Assembly (NCBI GenBank): GCA_965261975.1
Contig: CBDHEC010000026.1
Location: 1 to 55,008, forward strand
DNA from: Alphaproteobacteria bacterium
GTDB taxonomy: Bacteria; Pseudomonadota; Alphaproteobacteria; UBA6615
Direction of reading: 5' to 3'
DNA: 55,008 bases
The position numbers and the translations under genes were made by a program. Positions 44,725 through 53,357 of this stretch are shown here, in pieces. A model generated the notes under the pieces. It searched no databases, had not been told where the DNA came from, and saw only the letters and a program-made list of their open reading frames with translations. Each line of letters opens with the position of its first letter. Within the stretch, counting starts at the first letter, position 1.

Positions 44725-45307
44725 CTAGTCGCGCCCAAAAATCCGGCCCAAGAATCCGGCGCCATCGTCCGACGTGCGGCTCGGGCGGCTCGGTCCCTTG
44801 GAGGTGTCTTCCATTCGATCGAGGCGCTCCGACAAGCGCATCATGGCGCGTTCGACCGGCGCCGAGGAGGCGCCACCAGATTTCGATTTGATGTCCTCGA
44901 TCTGCTCGCCGAGTTCGCCAACCTTTTCCGCGATTGGTTTGATCGCGTTGGTCGTACGTTGCTCGGATTCTTCAATTCTGCCGGCCAGCTTCTGGATGCT
45001 TTCGAGCACCGCCTCAGCCGTCAATGCCGGCGGGCCGCTCGTCGCATTGTCATGACGCGGGGGGGGCGTCATAGGCGGGTTCTTCGCGACGGACTTCGCG
45101 CGGGCGGTTCGCATCATAACCACCATTGTCGCCGAACCGCTGATCGGGATCGTCGCGCTTCGTGCGCAGTTCTTCCGATGCCGCCGCCAGGATTGTTTGG
45201 GACAGCCAGCGACCGACATTGACACCCTGCTTGCGAGCGGCAATTTTTGCGGCCTCACGCGCTTCGGGGTCGACGCCCTTAACGCTCCAGGGTGAATTCG
45301 TAGCCAT
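44725..45307 (-). CDS. Small PodJ-N-motif coiled-coil protein (~193 aa if one base is removed from the G8 run at 45059-45066)
   Basis: SPWSVKGVDPEAREAAKIAARKQGVNVGRWL resembles the PodJ N-terminus; the reading continues in the +1 frame as a coiled coil ending GFLGRIFGRD. Confidence 0.75.
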
Positions 45308-45913
45308 TGGAAATTATTTAAACCCGCTCGCTCAGTCCGTAGTGCCCGAATAGGGCCATGTATTGCGCATTTAGAACCCGGTCATACGCGCCCCAAATAT
45401 GGGGTATGTGCTGCTGAATTCCATAAATCAATTCTACAGCGGTATTGATGCACTTTTTTCATACTGTTGAAAACATGAAAAATCACGACTCCGCGATTGG
45501 AATCAACGGGTTCGCAGCAGGGCGTACCAAGTCATACCACGGGAAGACACGATATTCGCGGTCACAAAGGAAGCGTGTTCTTCAGAAACCTGAGGGCGTC
45601 GATCTTGTGCTGCCATACATTCGGGTATACGCGGGATGCCCGGTGGGCACTACGGTAGGGCGGGTCAAAAACCCCCGGATTTCGGGCGTTCCGGATTCCG
45701 GTCGTGCCATTCGAACGGTTCGTGAACCGATCGTCGTACCGCTGGAGTATACCCTGAAATATGCCCCTCCGGTGTGTCCGGAAACCAGACCGGTGCCAGC
45801 AGGTATTCGAAGTAAATCCATGGCCTGTTTTGGGCGCCGCGGCGGTCATCGCAAATGGTGCGGGGCTTAAAAAAATGGTTCGGGGAAAGGGCCGATCGTT
45901 GGCCGAACCGGGC

Positions 45914-45943
45914 TTGTCGGGGCTTCGGCGCGGCAAGTATAGT
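45914..45943 (+). promoter_or_regulatory. Putative sigma70 promoter of gmd
   Basis: TTGTCG-N18-TATAGT. Confidence 0.5.
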
Positions 45944-46008
45944 CGCGCCACCTAAGCGACAATCGCATACATAAGTATGTTGAATTCCATCTTTTGCGGA
46001 GCCTCGAT

Positions 46009-47079
46009 ATGGCCAAAGACGTTGCCCTCATAACCGGCGTGACCGGACAGGACGGGGCCTATCTGGCTGAACTCCTACTGGAAAAGGGTTACGAGGTGCA
46101 CGGCGTCAAACGCCGTTCATCATCCTTCAATACCGGCCGTGTCGATCACCTGTATAGCGATCCCCATGAGGTGGGGATGGGCTTCCATCTCCACTATGGA
46201 GACATGACCGATGCGACCAACCTGATCCGCCTGATCCAGGAAGTACAACCTACCGAGATCTATAATCTGGCGGCGCAGAGTCATGTGCAGGTCAGTTTTG
46301 ATACAGCCGAATACACGGCCAACGCGGATGCGATGGGCGCGCTGCGATTGCTTGAGGCGATCCGTATTCTGAAGATGGAGGATACAGCGCGTTACTATCA
46401 GGCATCCACGTCCGAACTTTACGGCAAGGTGCGCGAGACTCCCCAGAGCGAGACGACCCCCTTCTATCCTCGCAGCCCCTATGCGGCGGCGAAATTATAC
46501 GGCTACTGGATCACGGTGAACTACCGCGAGGCCTATGGCATGCATGCCTCGAACGGCATCCTGTTCAATCATGAAAGTCCGATCCGCGGTGAGACGTTCG
46601 TCACCCGCAAGATCACCCGGGCGGTGGCGGCGATCGAGCTCGGTCTGCAGAAGCAATTGTTCCTCGGGAACATGGATGCGAAGCGCGATTGGGGGCATGC
46701 GCGCGACTATGTCGAGGGCATGTGGCGGATCGTGCAGCATGACGAACCGGATGATTTCGTCCTCGCGACCGGCGAGACCCATGCGGTCCGGGAATTTGTC
46801 GAGCTGGCGTTCAAGGAGGTGGGCCGGACCATCGTCTGGCAAGGCGAGGGCGTCGACGAGGTCGGCGAAGATTCCAAGACCGGTGAGACACTCATCGCCA
46901 TCGATCCGCGCTATTTCCGCCCGACCGAAGTGGACCTTCTGCTGGGCGACCCGACCAAGGCGAAACAGGTGCTTGGGTGGGAACACAGCACGCCGTTTCC
47001 GCAGCTCGTCAAAGAGATGGTCGCGGCGGACCTCGAGCTCATGCGGAAAGACCGCGATATTCATAAAAGTTTCGATTAA
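46009..47079 (+). CDS. gmd: GDP-mannose 4,6-dehydratase
   Basis: [46 protein letters not shown] and FRPTEV motifs. Confidence 0.98.
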   Translation: MAKDVALITGVTGQDGAYLAELLLEKGYEVHGVKRRSSSFNTGRVDHLYSDPHEVGMGFHLHYGDMTDATNLIRLIQEVQPTEIYNLAAQSHVQVSFDTAEYTANADAMGALRLLEAIRILKMEDTARYYQASTSELYGKVRETPQSETTPFYPRSPYAAAKLYGYWITVNYREAYGMHASNGILFNHESPIRGETFVTRKITRAVAAIELGLQKQLFLGNMDAKRDWGHARDYVEGMWRIVQHDEPDDFVLATGETHAVREFVELAFKEVGRTIVWQGEGVDEVGEDSKTGETLIAIDPRYFRPTEVDLLLGDPTKAKQVLGWEHSTPFPQLVKEMVAADLELMRKDRDIHKSFD

Positions 47080-47135
47080 GCCGGGTGGCTTGCAGATCGT
47101 GACGGCAAGGGCGATATAGAGCCTGCAGTCGGCCT

Positions 47136-47209
47136 TGGGGCGTAGCCAAGTGGTAAGGCATCGGGTTTTGATCCCGTGATCGCAGGTTCGAACCCTGCCG
47201 CCCCAGCCA
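47136..47209 (+). tRNA. tRNA-Gln (UUG)
   Basis: TGGGGCG/CGCCCCA acceptor stem, D-loop TGG, anticodon loop TT-TTG-AT, GGTTCGAACCC T-arm and encoded CCA. Confidence 0.96.
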
Positions 47210-47233
47210 ACTTCCTCAGATGATAAATTCTTT

Positions 47234-47917
47234 TCAGGCGCCGTCGGCGGCATCCAGACGTGCACGCACAAGACGCTGCAGGCGGAACAATTGCCGGTCG
47301 TGGATGCCGACCTCGCGCATATGCGCGACCGTGTTCTCCAGATACTCGACACAGGTACCCAGATATCCCTCGGCCGTTGCCAGCTGTTGGACGATTCTGT
47401 CTTCGGGCAGGCGTCCGACATAGCGTTCGGTGTCACGGTTCATCACGAAGGTAACCGCGTTGACCGGACCGTCCGGTGTCATGGCGCGAACCCAGACGGC
47501 GGCATAACTGTCGAGCGCCATTTCCCGGTCCCAGACAATCGACAATTCTTCCTTCTCGCGACCGGCGGGAAGCTTGAAGGCCATGCCGTTGCACGACCCG
47601 CCCTTGTCGAGGGCCAGGACCAGGCCGGGCGTTTCCGGTGAGCCGCGACCCAGATTCGTCTCCAGGCAGAATGACCGGTGATAGCCCCAGACGCGGGCCG
47701 TGCGTTTTTCGCTGAAGTGGATTGCCGGGTTCCAGATCAGCGACCCGTAACCGAACACCCACACATCGCTTTCGGGCGAGGCGTCGAAGAATTTCGACAG
47801 AGATGCCGCGCGCTCTGCATCGGTCAGCGGGCGGATGTTCGTCACATGCTGCTGTTGCTGCAGCATGCGAAACACTTCGCCGTCGCGGATCGATTCCCGG
47901 TTGAGCTTGTTGGTCAT
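47234..47917 (-). CDS. chaC: ChaC-family gamma-glutamylcyclotransferase
   Basis: WVFGYGSLIWNP, RGSPETPGLVLALD, WDREM and GTCVEYL motifs. Confidence 0.92.
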   Translation of the reverse strand: MTNKLNRESIRDGEVFRMLQQQQHVTNIRPLTDAERAASLSKFFDASPESDVWVFGYGSLIWNPAIHFSEKRTARVWGYHRSFCLETNLGRGSPETPGLVLALDKGGSCNGMAFKLPAGREKEELSIVWDREMALDSYAAVWVRAMTPDGPVNAVTFVMNRDTERYVGRLPEDRIVQQLATAEGYLGTCVEYLENTVAHMREVGIHDRQLFRLQRLVRARLDAADGA

Positions 47918-48000
47918 TTCAATTCTGATGCGAATAACATGCTGCGTGTATATCAATCGCGGCCGTGGAACTGAACCTCGGCGACGACGAGAGAGTGGTG

Positions 48001-48564
48001 ATGGATGTGACGGCGGACAAGGTTCTGGACTTCTGGTTTAACGAAACCGACCGACAAAACTGGTTCGAACGCAGCGACGCCTTCGATCTGGTTATTCGAG
48101 ACCGCTTTGCGGATGCGATCGAGACGGCGCGTGGGGGTGGCTTCTCGGGCTGGCGCGACACGCCGCAGGGATGCCTCGCGGTGATCATTCTGATCGATCA
48201 GTTTTCGCGAAACATCTATCGGGACTCGCCGCTCGCCTGGTCGGCCGACGATGTGAGCCTGGCATGCACGCGCGAAGCGCTCGCGCGCGGCTTTGATGCG
48301 GCTCTCGGGTTCGACGAGCGGACCTTCCTCTACATGCCGCTGATGCACAGCGAGACGCTCGCAGACCAGGACCAATGCGTGGAATTGTTCCGGGGGCTCG
48401 CGGCGGATCGTGGGGACGCCGACGATGTAAGCCTGGACTTTGCGATCCGCCACCGGGACATCGTCGCCCGTTTCGGGCGTTTTCCCCATCGAAACGAAAC
48501 CCTCGGCCGTGAAAGTACTGCCGAGGAGCTCGAGTTTCTTAAGGAGCCCGACTCGTCTTTCTGA
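48001..48564 (+). CDS. DUF924 family protein
   Basis: VLDFWF, IILIDQFSRN, YMPLMHSE and FGRFPHRN motifs. Confidence 0.93.
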   Translation: MDVTADKVLDFWFNETDRQNWFERSDAFDLVIRDRFADAIETARGGGFSGWRDTPQGCLAVIILIDQFSRNIYRDSPLAWSADDVSLACTREALARGFDAALGFDERTFLYMPLMHSETLADQDQCVELFRGLAADRGDADDVSLDFAIRHRDIVARFGRFPHRNETLGRESTAEELEFLKEPDSSF

Positions 48565-48578
48565 TGCTCGGGTAAGCT

Positions 48579-49283
48579 CTAGGGAAGGTCGGCGAGGACG
48601 AATTCCGCATCCCCGCGTGCCGTGATGGTGATATCGCGCTCGCCGGCGATGGCCGCGCCCGCGCGTTCACCGATTTCCGTGCCATTCACCAGCAACGTGC
48701 CCCGCGACGGCACGAGATAGCCTTTGCGGTAGCCGGAAAATATGTGGGTCACGCTTTGACCGTCGGCCAGGGTGGCACCGAACAGCGCGGCGTCCTGATG
48801 GATCACCGGCGCGCCCAGGTCCTTATCCTCGTCACGGCCAGAGGCCAGCATCACCAGCGCGCCGGCATGTTCGCCGCGCGGGAAGGCCTTGGTTTCCCAG
48901 CGCGGCTCGTGACCCTCGCGATCCGGGGTGATCCAGATCTGGAATATCCGCGTGGTCTCGTCTTCCTCGTTGAACTCGGAATGCTGGATGCCGGTGCCGG
49001 CACTCATGATCTGGACGTCGCCGGCGACGGTGCGACCGCGATTGCCCAGATTGTCCTCGTGGGTGATCGCGCCGTGGCGGACATAGGTGATGATTTCCAT
49101 GTCCCGATGGCCGTGGGGCGGGAAGCCCCCCTTGGCGACGATCGTGTCGTCATTCCACACGCGCAGCGGTCCGAAGCCCATGCGGTCGGGGTTCATGTAT
49201 CCGCCGAAACTGAAATGATGATGGGCGTCGAGCCATTCGTTCCGGAAATGGCCGAGATCCTCGAGAGATGTCACGTCGATCAT
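48579..49283 (-). CDS. Pirin family protein
   Basis: HHFSFG, LRVWNDD, HGHRDMEIITYV and MSAGTGIQHSE motifs. Confidence 0.95.
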   Translation of the reverse strand: MIDVTSLEDLGHFRNEWLDAHHHFSFGGYMNPDRMGFGPLRVWNDDTIVAKGGFPPHGHRDMEIITYVRHGAITHEDNLGNRGRTVAGDVQIMSAGTGIQHSEFNEEDETTRIFQIWITPDREGHEPRWETKAFPRGEHAGALVMLASGRDEDKDLGAPVIHQDAALFGATLADGQSVTHIFSGYRKGYLVPSRGTLLVNGTEIGERAGAAIAGERDITITARGDAEFVLADLP

Positions 49284-50266
49284 GCCGCGATATCCGCGCG
49301 GTTATGCGGGGCAAGGTAGTCGATCTCCGGGCCTGCCGGCACGATCCCGGTCGGGTTTACGTTCTCGTGACTGCCGTAATAGTGGATCTTGATCTGCGGG
49401 TTGTTGATTGTCGAAGCGACGCCGGGCACCTGGTAGAGGTCACGTGTGTAGTTCCACAGGCTGGGATAGTCGATCAGCCGGCGGATATTGCATTTGAAAT
49501 GCCCGTGATAGACCGGGTCAAACCGCAGCAAGGTCGTGAACAGACGCCAATCGGCTTCCGTGATCTGATCGCCCACGAGGTAGCGCTGCCTCGAAAGTCG
49601 CGCCTCGAGCCATTCGAAGGTGTCGAACAGATTTGTCACCGCTTCGTCGTAGGCGGCCTGTGATTGCGCGAAGCCGGATTTGTAGACCCCGATATTGACC
49701 GTGCTGAAGACCCTATCGTTGACGGCGTCGATCTCGTCCCGGAGCGGCGCGGGGTAGTAGTCCCGTTCGGGATGTCCCGCGAAGGCATCGAAGGCGCTGT
49801 TGAACATCCGGATGATCTCGGACGATTCGTTGTTCACGATCGTGCCCGTCTCCAGGTCCCAAAGCACCGGGACCGAAACCCGGCCGGTAAAGTTGGCGTC
49901 GGCGGCAGCATATATCTGATGCAGATAATCGGCACCGAGCACCGGGTCGGGGACGACCTCGTCATCCGGTTTGAAGGTCCAGCCGTCGTCGCCCTTGTGC
50001 CAGTGCACGACCGAGACCGAGATTGCGTCCTCCAGCCCCTTCAGGGCGCGAAAGATCATGGTCCGGTGCGCCCAGGGGCAGGCGTGGCAGATATAGAGAT
50101 GGTAACGGCCCGGTTGGGCCTTGAAGCCGCCGACGCCGGTGGGGCCCGGGGATCCATCAGCCGTGATCCAGTTGCGGAACGCCGTCTCGGGATTGTTGAA
50201 CTTGCCGTCCGCGTCGTTACGCGCCGGTTCGACCACATGCCAGGCACCGTCGATCATCACGCCCAT
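49280..50266 (-). CDS. yqjG: Glutathionyl-hydroquinone reductase (YqjG/Xi-class GST)
   Basis: ACPWAHRT, VPVLWD, NNESSEI, GVYKSGFA, TLLRFDPVY and IKIHYY motifs. Confidence 0.93.
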   Translation of the reverse strand: MGVMIDGAWHVVEPARNDADGKFNNPETAFRNWITADGSPGPTGVGGFKAQPGRYHLYICHACPWAHRTMIFRALKGLEDAISVSVVHWHKGDDGWTFKPDDEVVPDPVLGADYLHQIYAAADANFTGRVSVPVLWDLETGTIVNNESSEIIRMFNSAFDAFAGHPERDYYPAPLRDEIDAVNDRVFSTVNIGVYKSGFAQSQAAYDEAVTNLFDTFEWLEARLSRQRYLVGDQITEADWRLFTTLLRFDPVYHGHFKCNIRRLIDYPSLWNYTRDLYQVPGVASTINNPQIKIHYYGSHENVNPTGIVPAGPEIDYLAPHNRADIAA

Positions 50267-50369
50267 CGGCCAATTCCTTCATTGAATGCAGAATTCCGTT
50301 CACGCCTTAGGTTGGGCGCTTGCGGCGGAAAGTCGAGGCCTCGATGTTCGAAATTCGAACAGATGTTCG

Positions 50370-50843
50370 TTATTCGGCCAGAAATTCTTTCAGGCATTCC
50401 AGCGCGCCCTGCCAGCCATCCGCGTGGGCTTCGGCCATTTCGTCGTTCGGTAGCGTGCTGTGGGTGAGTTGCAATTCGGATCCGCCGTCATCGGTCGCGA
50501 CGAATTTGAGATCGAGAACAGTCTCCAGGCCCTGCATCTGACCCTCGTGCTGCCAGGTCCACGACATGGTCAGTCGGTTGGGCGGATCGATCGTGCCGAA
50601 GACGCCGCGGGAGCCATGTTCCTTGTTCTCCGATGACACCAAAACGATCTCGTAATGACCGCCTTCAAAGAAGTCCCAGCGGTCGACCCGGCAGCTGACA
50701 GTCTTGGGGCCCATCCACTGGCAGGCCTGTTCGGGGTCTGCCCAGGCCGCGAACAGCCGTTCAACGGAGACGGTGAAGCGACGAGACAGTCTGAGCGTGC
50801 GGGTCGCGTCGGGGGCCTCGGCGATGTCCGGGGCGTCGGTCAT
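50370..50843 (-). CDS. SRPBCC/AHSA1 domain protein
   Basis: LSRRF..SVERLFAAWADP, PPNRLTMSW and HADGW motifs; overlaps the ArsR stop. Confidence 0.9.
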   Translation of the reverse strand: MTDAPDIAEAPDATRTLRLSRRFTVSVERLFAAWADPEQACQWMGPKTVSCRVDRWDFFEGGHYEIVLVSSENKEHGSRGVFGTIDPPNRLTMSWTWQHEGQMQGLETVLDLKFVATDDGGSELQLTHSTLPNDEMAEAHADGWQGALECLKEFLAE

Positions 50844-51175
50844 GGCCGGTCCTTGGTGTCTTCGTTTTCCAGGAACTGCGCGAGTGAACCGAGACTGCCG
50901 TCCCAGAATGCCCGGTATCGGGCCAGCCACGCATCGGCGTCCTGCAGCGGGGCTGCCTGGACCGCGCAGATTTGTGTGCGACCGTCCCGGCGGCGTTCGA
51001 TCAGGCCGGCCTGTTGCAGCACTTTCAGATGCTTCGATACCGCGGGCAGGGACATTTCAAACGGTTCGGCGAGCTCGCCGACGGTCGCATGGCCATCACT
51101 CAGTCGGGCGAGGATTGCCCGCCGCGTCGGGTCGGCCAGCGCGGCAAACGTCTTGTCGAGATTATATTTAACCAT
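50840..51175 (-). CDS. ArsR/SmtB family transcriptional regulator
   Basis: FAALADPTRRAIL, ELAEPFEMSLPAVSKHLKVL..AGL motifs. Confidence 0.95.
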   Translation of the reverse strand: MVKYNLDKTFAALADPTRRAILARLSDGHATVGELAEPFEMSLPAVSKHLKVLQQAGLIERRRDGRTQICAVQAAPLQDADAWLARYRAFWDGSLGSLAQFLENEDTKDRP

Positions 51176-51210
51176 TCGGTTAATTTAACCGGGATCGGAA
51201 GCTGCTGCAA
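51168..51210 (-). promoter_or_regulatory. Promoter plus palindromic operator of the arsR-SRPBCC operon
   Basis: Minus strand TTGCAG-N17-TAAATT-N6-ATG; palindrome TTAACC-ATTC-GGTTAA at 51168-51183 covers the start codon. Confidence 0.7.
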
Positions 51211-51216
51211 GTGGAC

Positions 51217-53355
51217 TTACTTGCCCTCGCGTCGCCACGCAGCGACCAGGAATGCGCCGATCGCGAGCAGCAGAATAAGGGCGGGCAGAAACGGTAAATT
51301 CCGCACGCCGATGACAGCGGCGGCGTCGTTGCGCTGGAAGGCAAGCCAACGGGCCGATGACCGTAGTTCCGAGGAATCGCTCATGGCCCGGCCCGGTCTT
51401 GCGCGTCGCAGGTCCGGGGTGCTGTTTTCGCTCAGCCAGTTGAGCCCGCCGCCGGTCGCGACGGTGACCGGGCGCAGCAGCATGTCTGTTGCTGTCACGT
51501 CGGCGAATTCGATGGGGTTGATTGTGCCGACCCCCGCAACTGCCGTGCGGCTGCCATCGTCCAATCTGTAGATGCCGGTTTCGGTGACGCCGATCGTGCC
51601 GATCGCGCGTCCGTCTCCCTGTTCTTCCAGGGTGACGGCCCGGGTGTCTCCGGTCGGTCCGGTGACCGAAACCGGGGCGGGATCGGGTGAAAGGCTGTGG
51701 CGGACAATCTCGATTGAATCGCCGCGGGCGACGGCGGTAAGCCGGTCTTCCTCGAGCTCAGGCTCCTTCATCAACCAATGTGCGAGGCGGCGAAGCAGTT
51801 CGTTGTGGGGGCCGCCGCCTTCATAGCCGCGCGCCCACAGCCAGATATGGTCGCTCAAGAACTGGCCCACCCGGCCTTCACCCACCCGGTCCAGGATCAG
51901 CAGCGGTCGCGCGTCGGGGCCGTCCATGACCACGGTGCCCGATTTGGGCCGCGCGTCGACATGGCGGAACCAGCGTCCCCAGTTGGGGACGGATTCTGCA
52001 TCCGGGCCCAGACCGGGCAGTGTCGCGGTTACCGGGTGGCGCCGCCCGATCTCGTTGATGTTGGCCACATAGGGGGCATCGGTGACCCGACCGGTCGGTT
52101 CTCCCGGCAAAACGGTCGCCAGCGCCGTGCGGTATAGGCTGGTGGCGGGGGTGACCTCGGGGCCGGTGGCTTCCAGCAACGCGCCGCCGGATTCCACATA
52201 GTTGGCGATGTTTCGCAGATAGATGGAGGGCAATACGCCCATGCGCCGGTAACGGTCGAAAATGATCAGGTCGAAATCGTTCAGCTTCACCTCGAACAAT
52301 TCACGATAGGGAAACGCGATCAGGCTGAGTTCGCGCGTCGGCGTGCCGTCCTGTTTCTCGGGGGGCCTGAGGATGGTGAAATGTACGAGGTCGACCGACG
52401 GGTCTGCCTTGAGCAGGTTGCGCCAGGTCCGCTCCCCGGGGTGAGGGGCGCCCGAGACCAGCAGGACGCGTAGCCGATCCCGGATGCCGTTGAGGGTCAC
52501 CACGGCGCGGTTGTTGGCGCGGGTGAGTTCCTCGCGGCCCGGCCCGACCGAAAGCTCGAACACGCTGGCACCCCCGCGATCCACGACCAGTTCGATACTG
52601 TGATCGACGCCGACCGGGGCCAGAATTGTCCGGCCTTCTGCCGCGCCGTCGCGCCGGATCGTGACTTGCGCCTGACGCGCGCGCACCGCCGCTGGCTCAT
52701 CGATTCGAATCGTCAGGCGGACCGTTTCGCCGACGATACCGAAGCCGGGGTTCTCGACGATTGTCAGCCGCCGGTCGCCCGCGTCCCGGTCGCCGGTCAG
52801 CATGGCGTGAACGGGCCCGCCAAGGTCGAGGGCCGCGATGTTCTCGGGCAAGTCATGAATCCGGCCGTCGGTGATCAGGACCGCGCCGGCGAAGCGATCG
52901 CGGGGAATGTCGATCAGTGACCGATCAAGCGCTTCATACAAATGTGTGCCGTCGCGCAAGCCAGATGTGCCGCCGTCGCCGCTCTGGGTTCCGGCGGACG
53001 GTGACTCGACGATCCGCAGCTCGAAATTGGCCTGTTCGGCAGCCCACGCGGTGACGCGTGCGAGTGCGGCATCGGCCTGTTCCTCGCGTGCGCCGATCGA
53101 CTGGCTTTGTGATCGGTCGACGACGACCAGGCCGATATCCGAAAGGGGCGTGCGATCCTCGACGATGATCGAGGGGTTCGCCAGCGCGGCCAGGATTGCC
53201 GCGGTCGCCGCGATCCGCCAGATCACACCCGGGGCCGGGATGCCCGGACGGGGGGCAATGAAGCCGGCGAGCATCACCAAGGCTCCCAGCGCGGCCATCG
53301 CGATCAGGATGCCGGCGGGAAGCAACGGGTCCCAGATGATCGAGGATGCGCCCAT
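51217..53355 (-). CDS. Conserved membrane protein with vWA-like and class I glutamine amidotransferase-like regions
   Basis: VVVDRSQSQ, LITDGRIHD, LLKADPSVDLVHFTILRPPEKQDGTP and AWRREG end; normally follows a DUF4159 gene. Confidence 0.8.
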   Translation of the reverse strand: MGASSIIWDPLLPAGILIAMAALGALVMLAGFIAPRPGIPAPGVIWRIAATAAILAALANPSIIVEDRTPLSDIGLVVVDRSQSQSIGAREEQADAALARVTAWAAEQANFELRIVESPSAGTQSGDGGTSGLRDGTHLYEALDRSLIDIPRDRFAGAVLITDGRIHDLPENIAALDLGGPVHAMLTGDRDAGDRRLTIVENPGFGIVGETVRLTIRIDEPAAVRARQAQVTIRRDGAAEGRTILAPVGVDHSIELVVDRGGASVFELSVGPGREELTRANNRAVVTLNGIRDRLRVLLVSGAPHPGERTWRNLLKADPSVDLVHFTILRPPEKQDGTPTRELSLIAFPYRELFEVKLNDFDLIIFDRYRRMGVLPSIYLRNIANYVESGGALLEATGPEVTPATSLYRTALATVLPGEPTGRVTDAPYVANINEIGRRHPVTATLPGLGPDAESVPNWGRWFRHVDARPKSGTVVMDGPDARPLLILDRVGEGRVGQFLSDHIWLWARGYEGGGPHNELLRRLAHWLMKEPELEEDRLTAVARGDSIEIVRHSLSPDPAPVSVTGPTGDTRAVTLEEQGDGRAIGTIGVTETGIYRLDDGSRTAVAGVGTINPIEFADVTATDMLLRPVTVATGGGLNWLSENSTPDLRRARPGRAMSDSSELRSSARWLAFQRNDAAAVIGVRNLPFLPALILLLAIGAFLVAAWRREGK

Positions 53356-53357
53356 GT

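Noticed and set aside
44584-44727. Stop-codon readthrough fusing the two PodJ-like genes (the gap is in frame)
   Set aside because: A second in-frame stop (TGA) lies in the gap, and the gap does not look coding
45371-45387. AGAACCCGG resembling the RNase P RNA 3' motif
   Set aside because: The partner GAGGAAAGTCC motif and the CTTA ending are absent
45445-45951. ORFs of 141 aa (+) and 129 aa (-) in the podJ-gmd gap
   Set aside because: No recognisable domain, atypical composition and no clear RBS; treated as non-coding
47136-47260. tRNA-Gln as the integration site of an island
   Set aside because: No integrase, no duplicated tRNA 3' end seen and no compositional shift downstream
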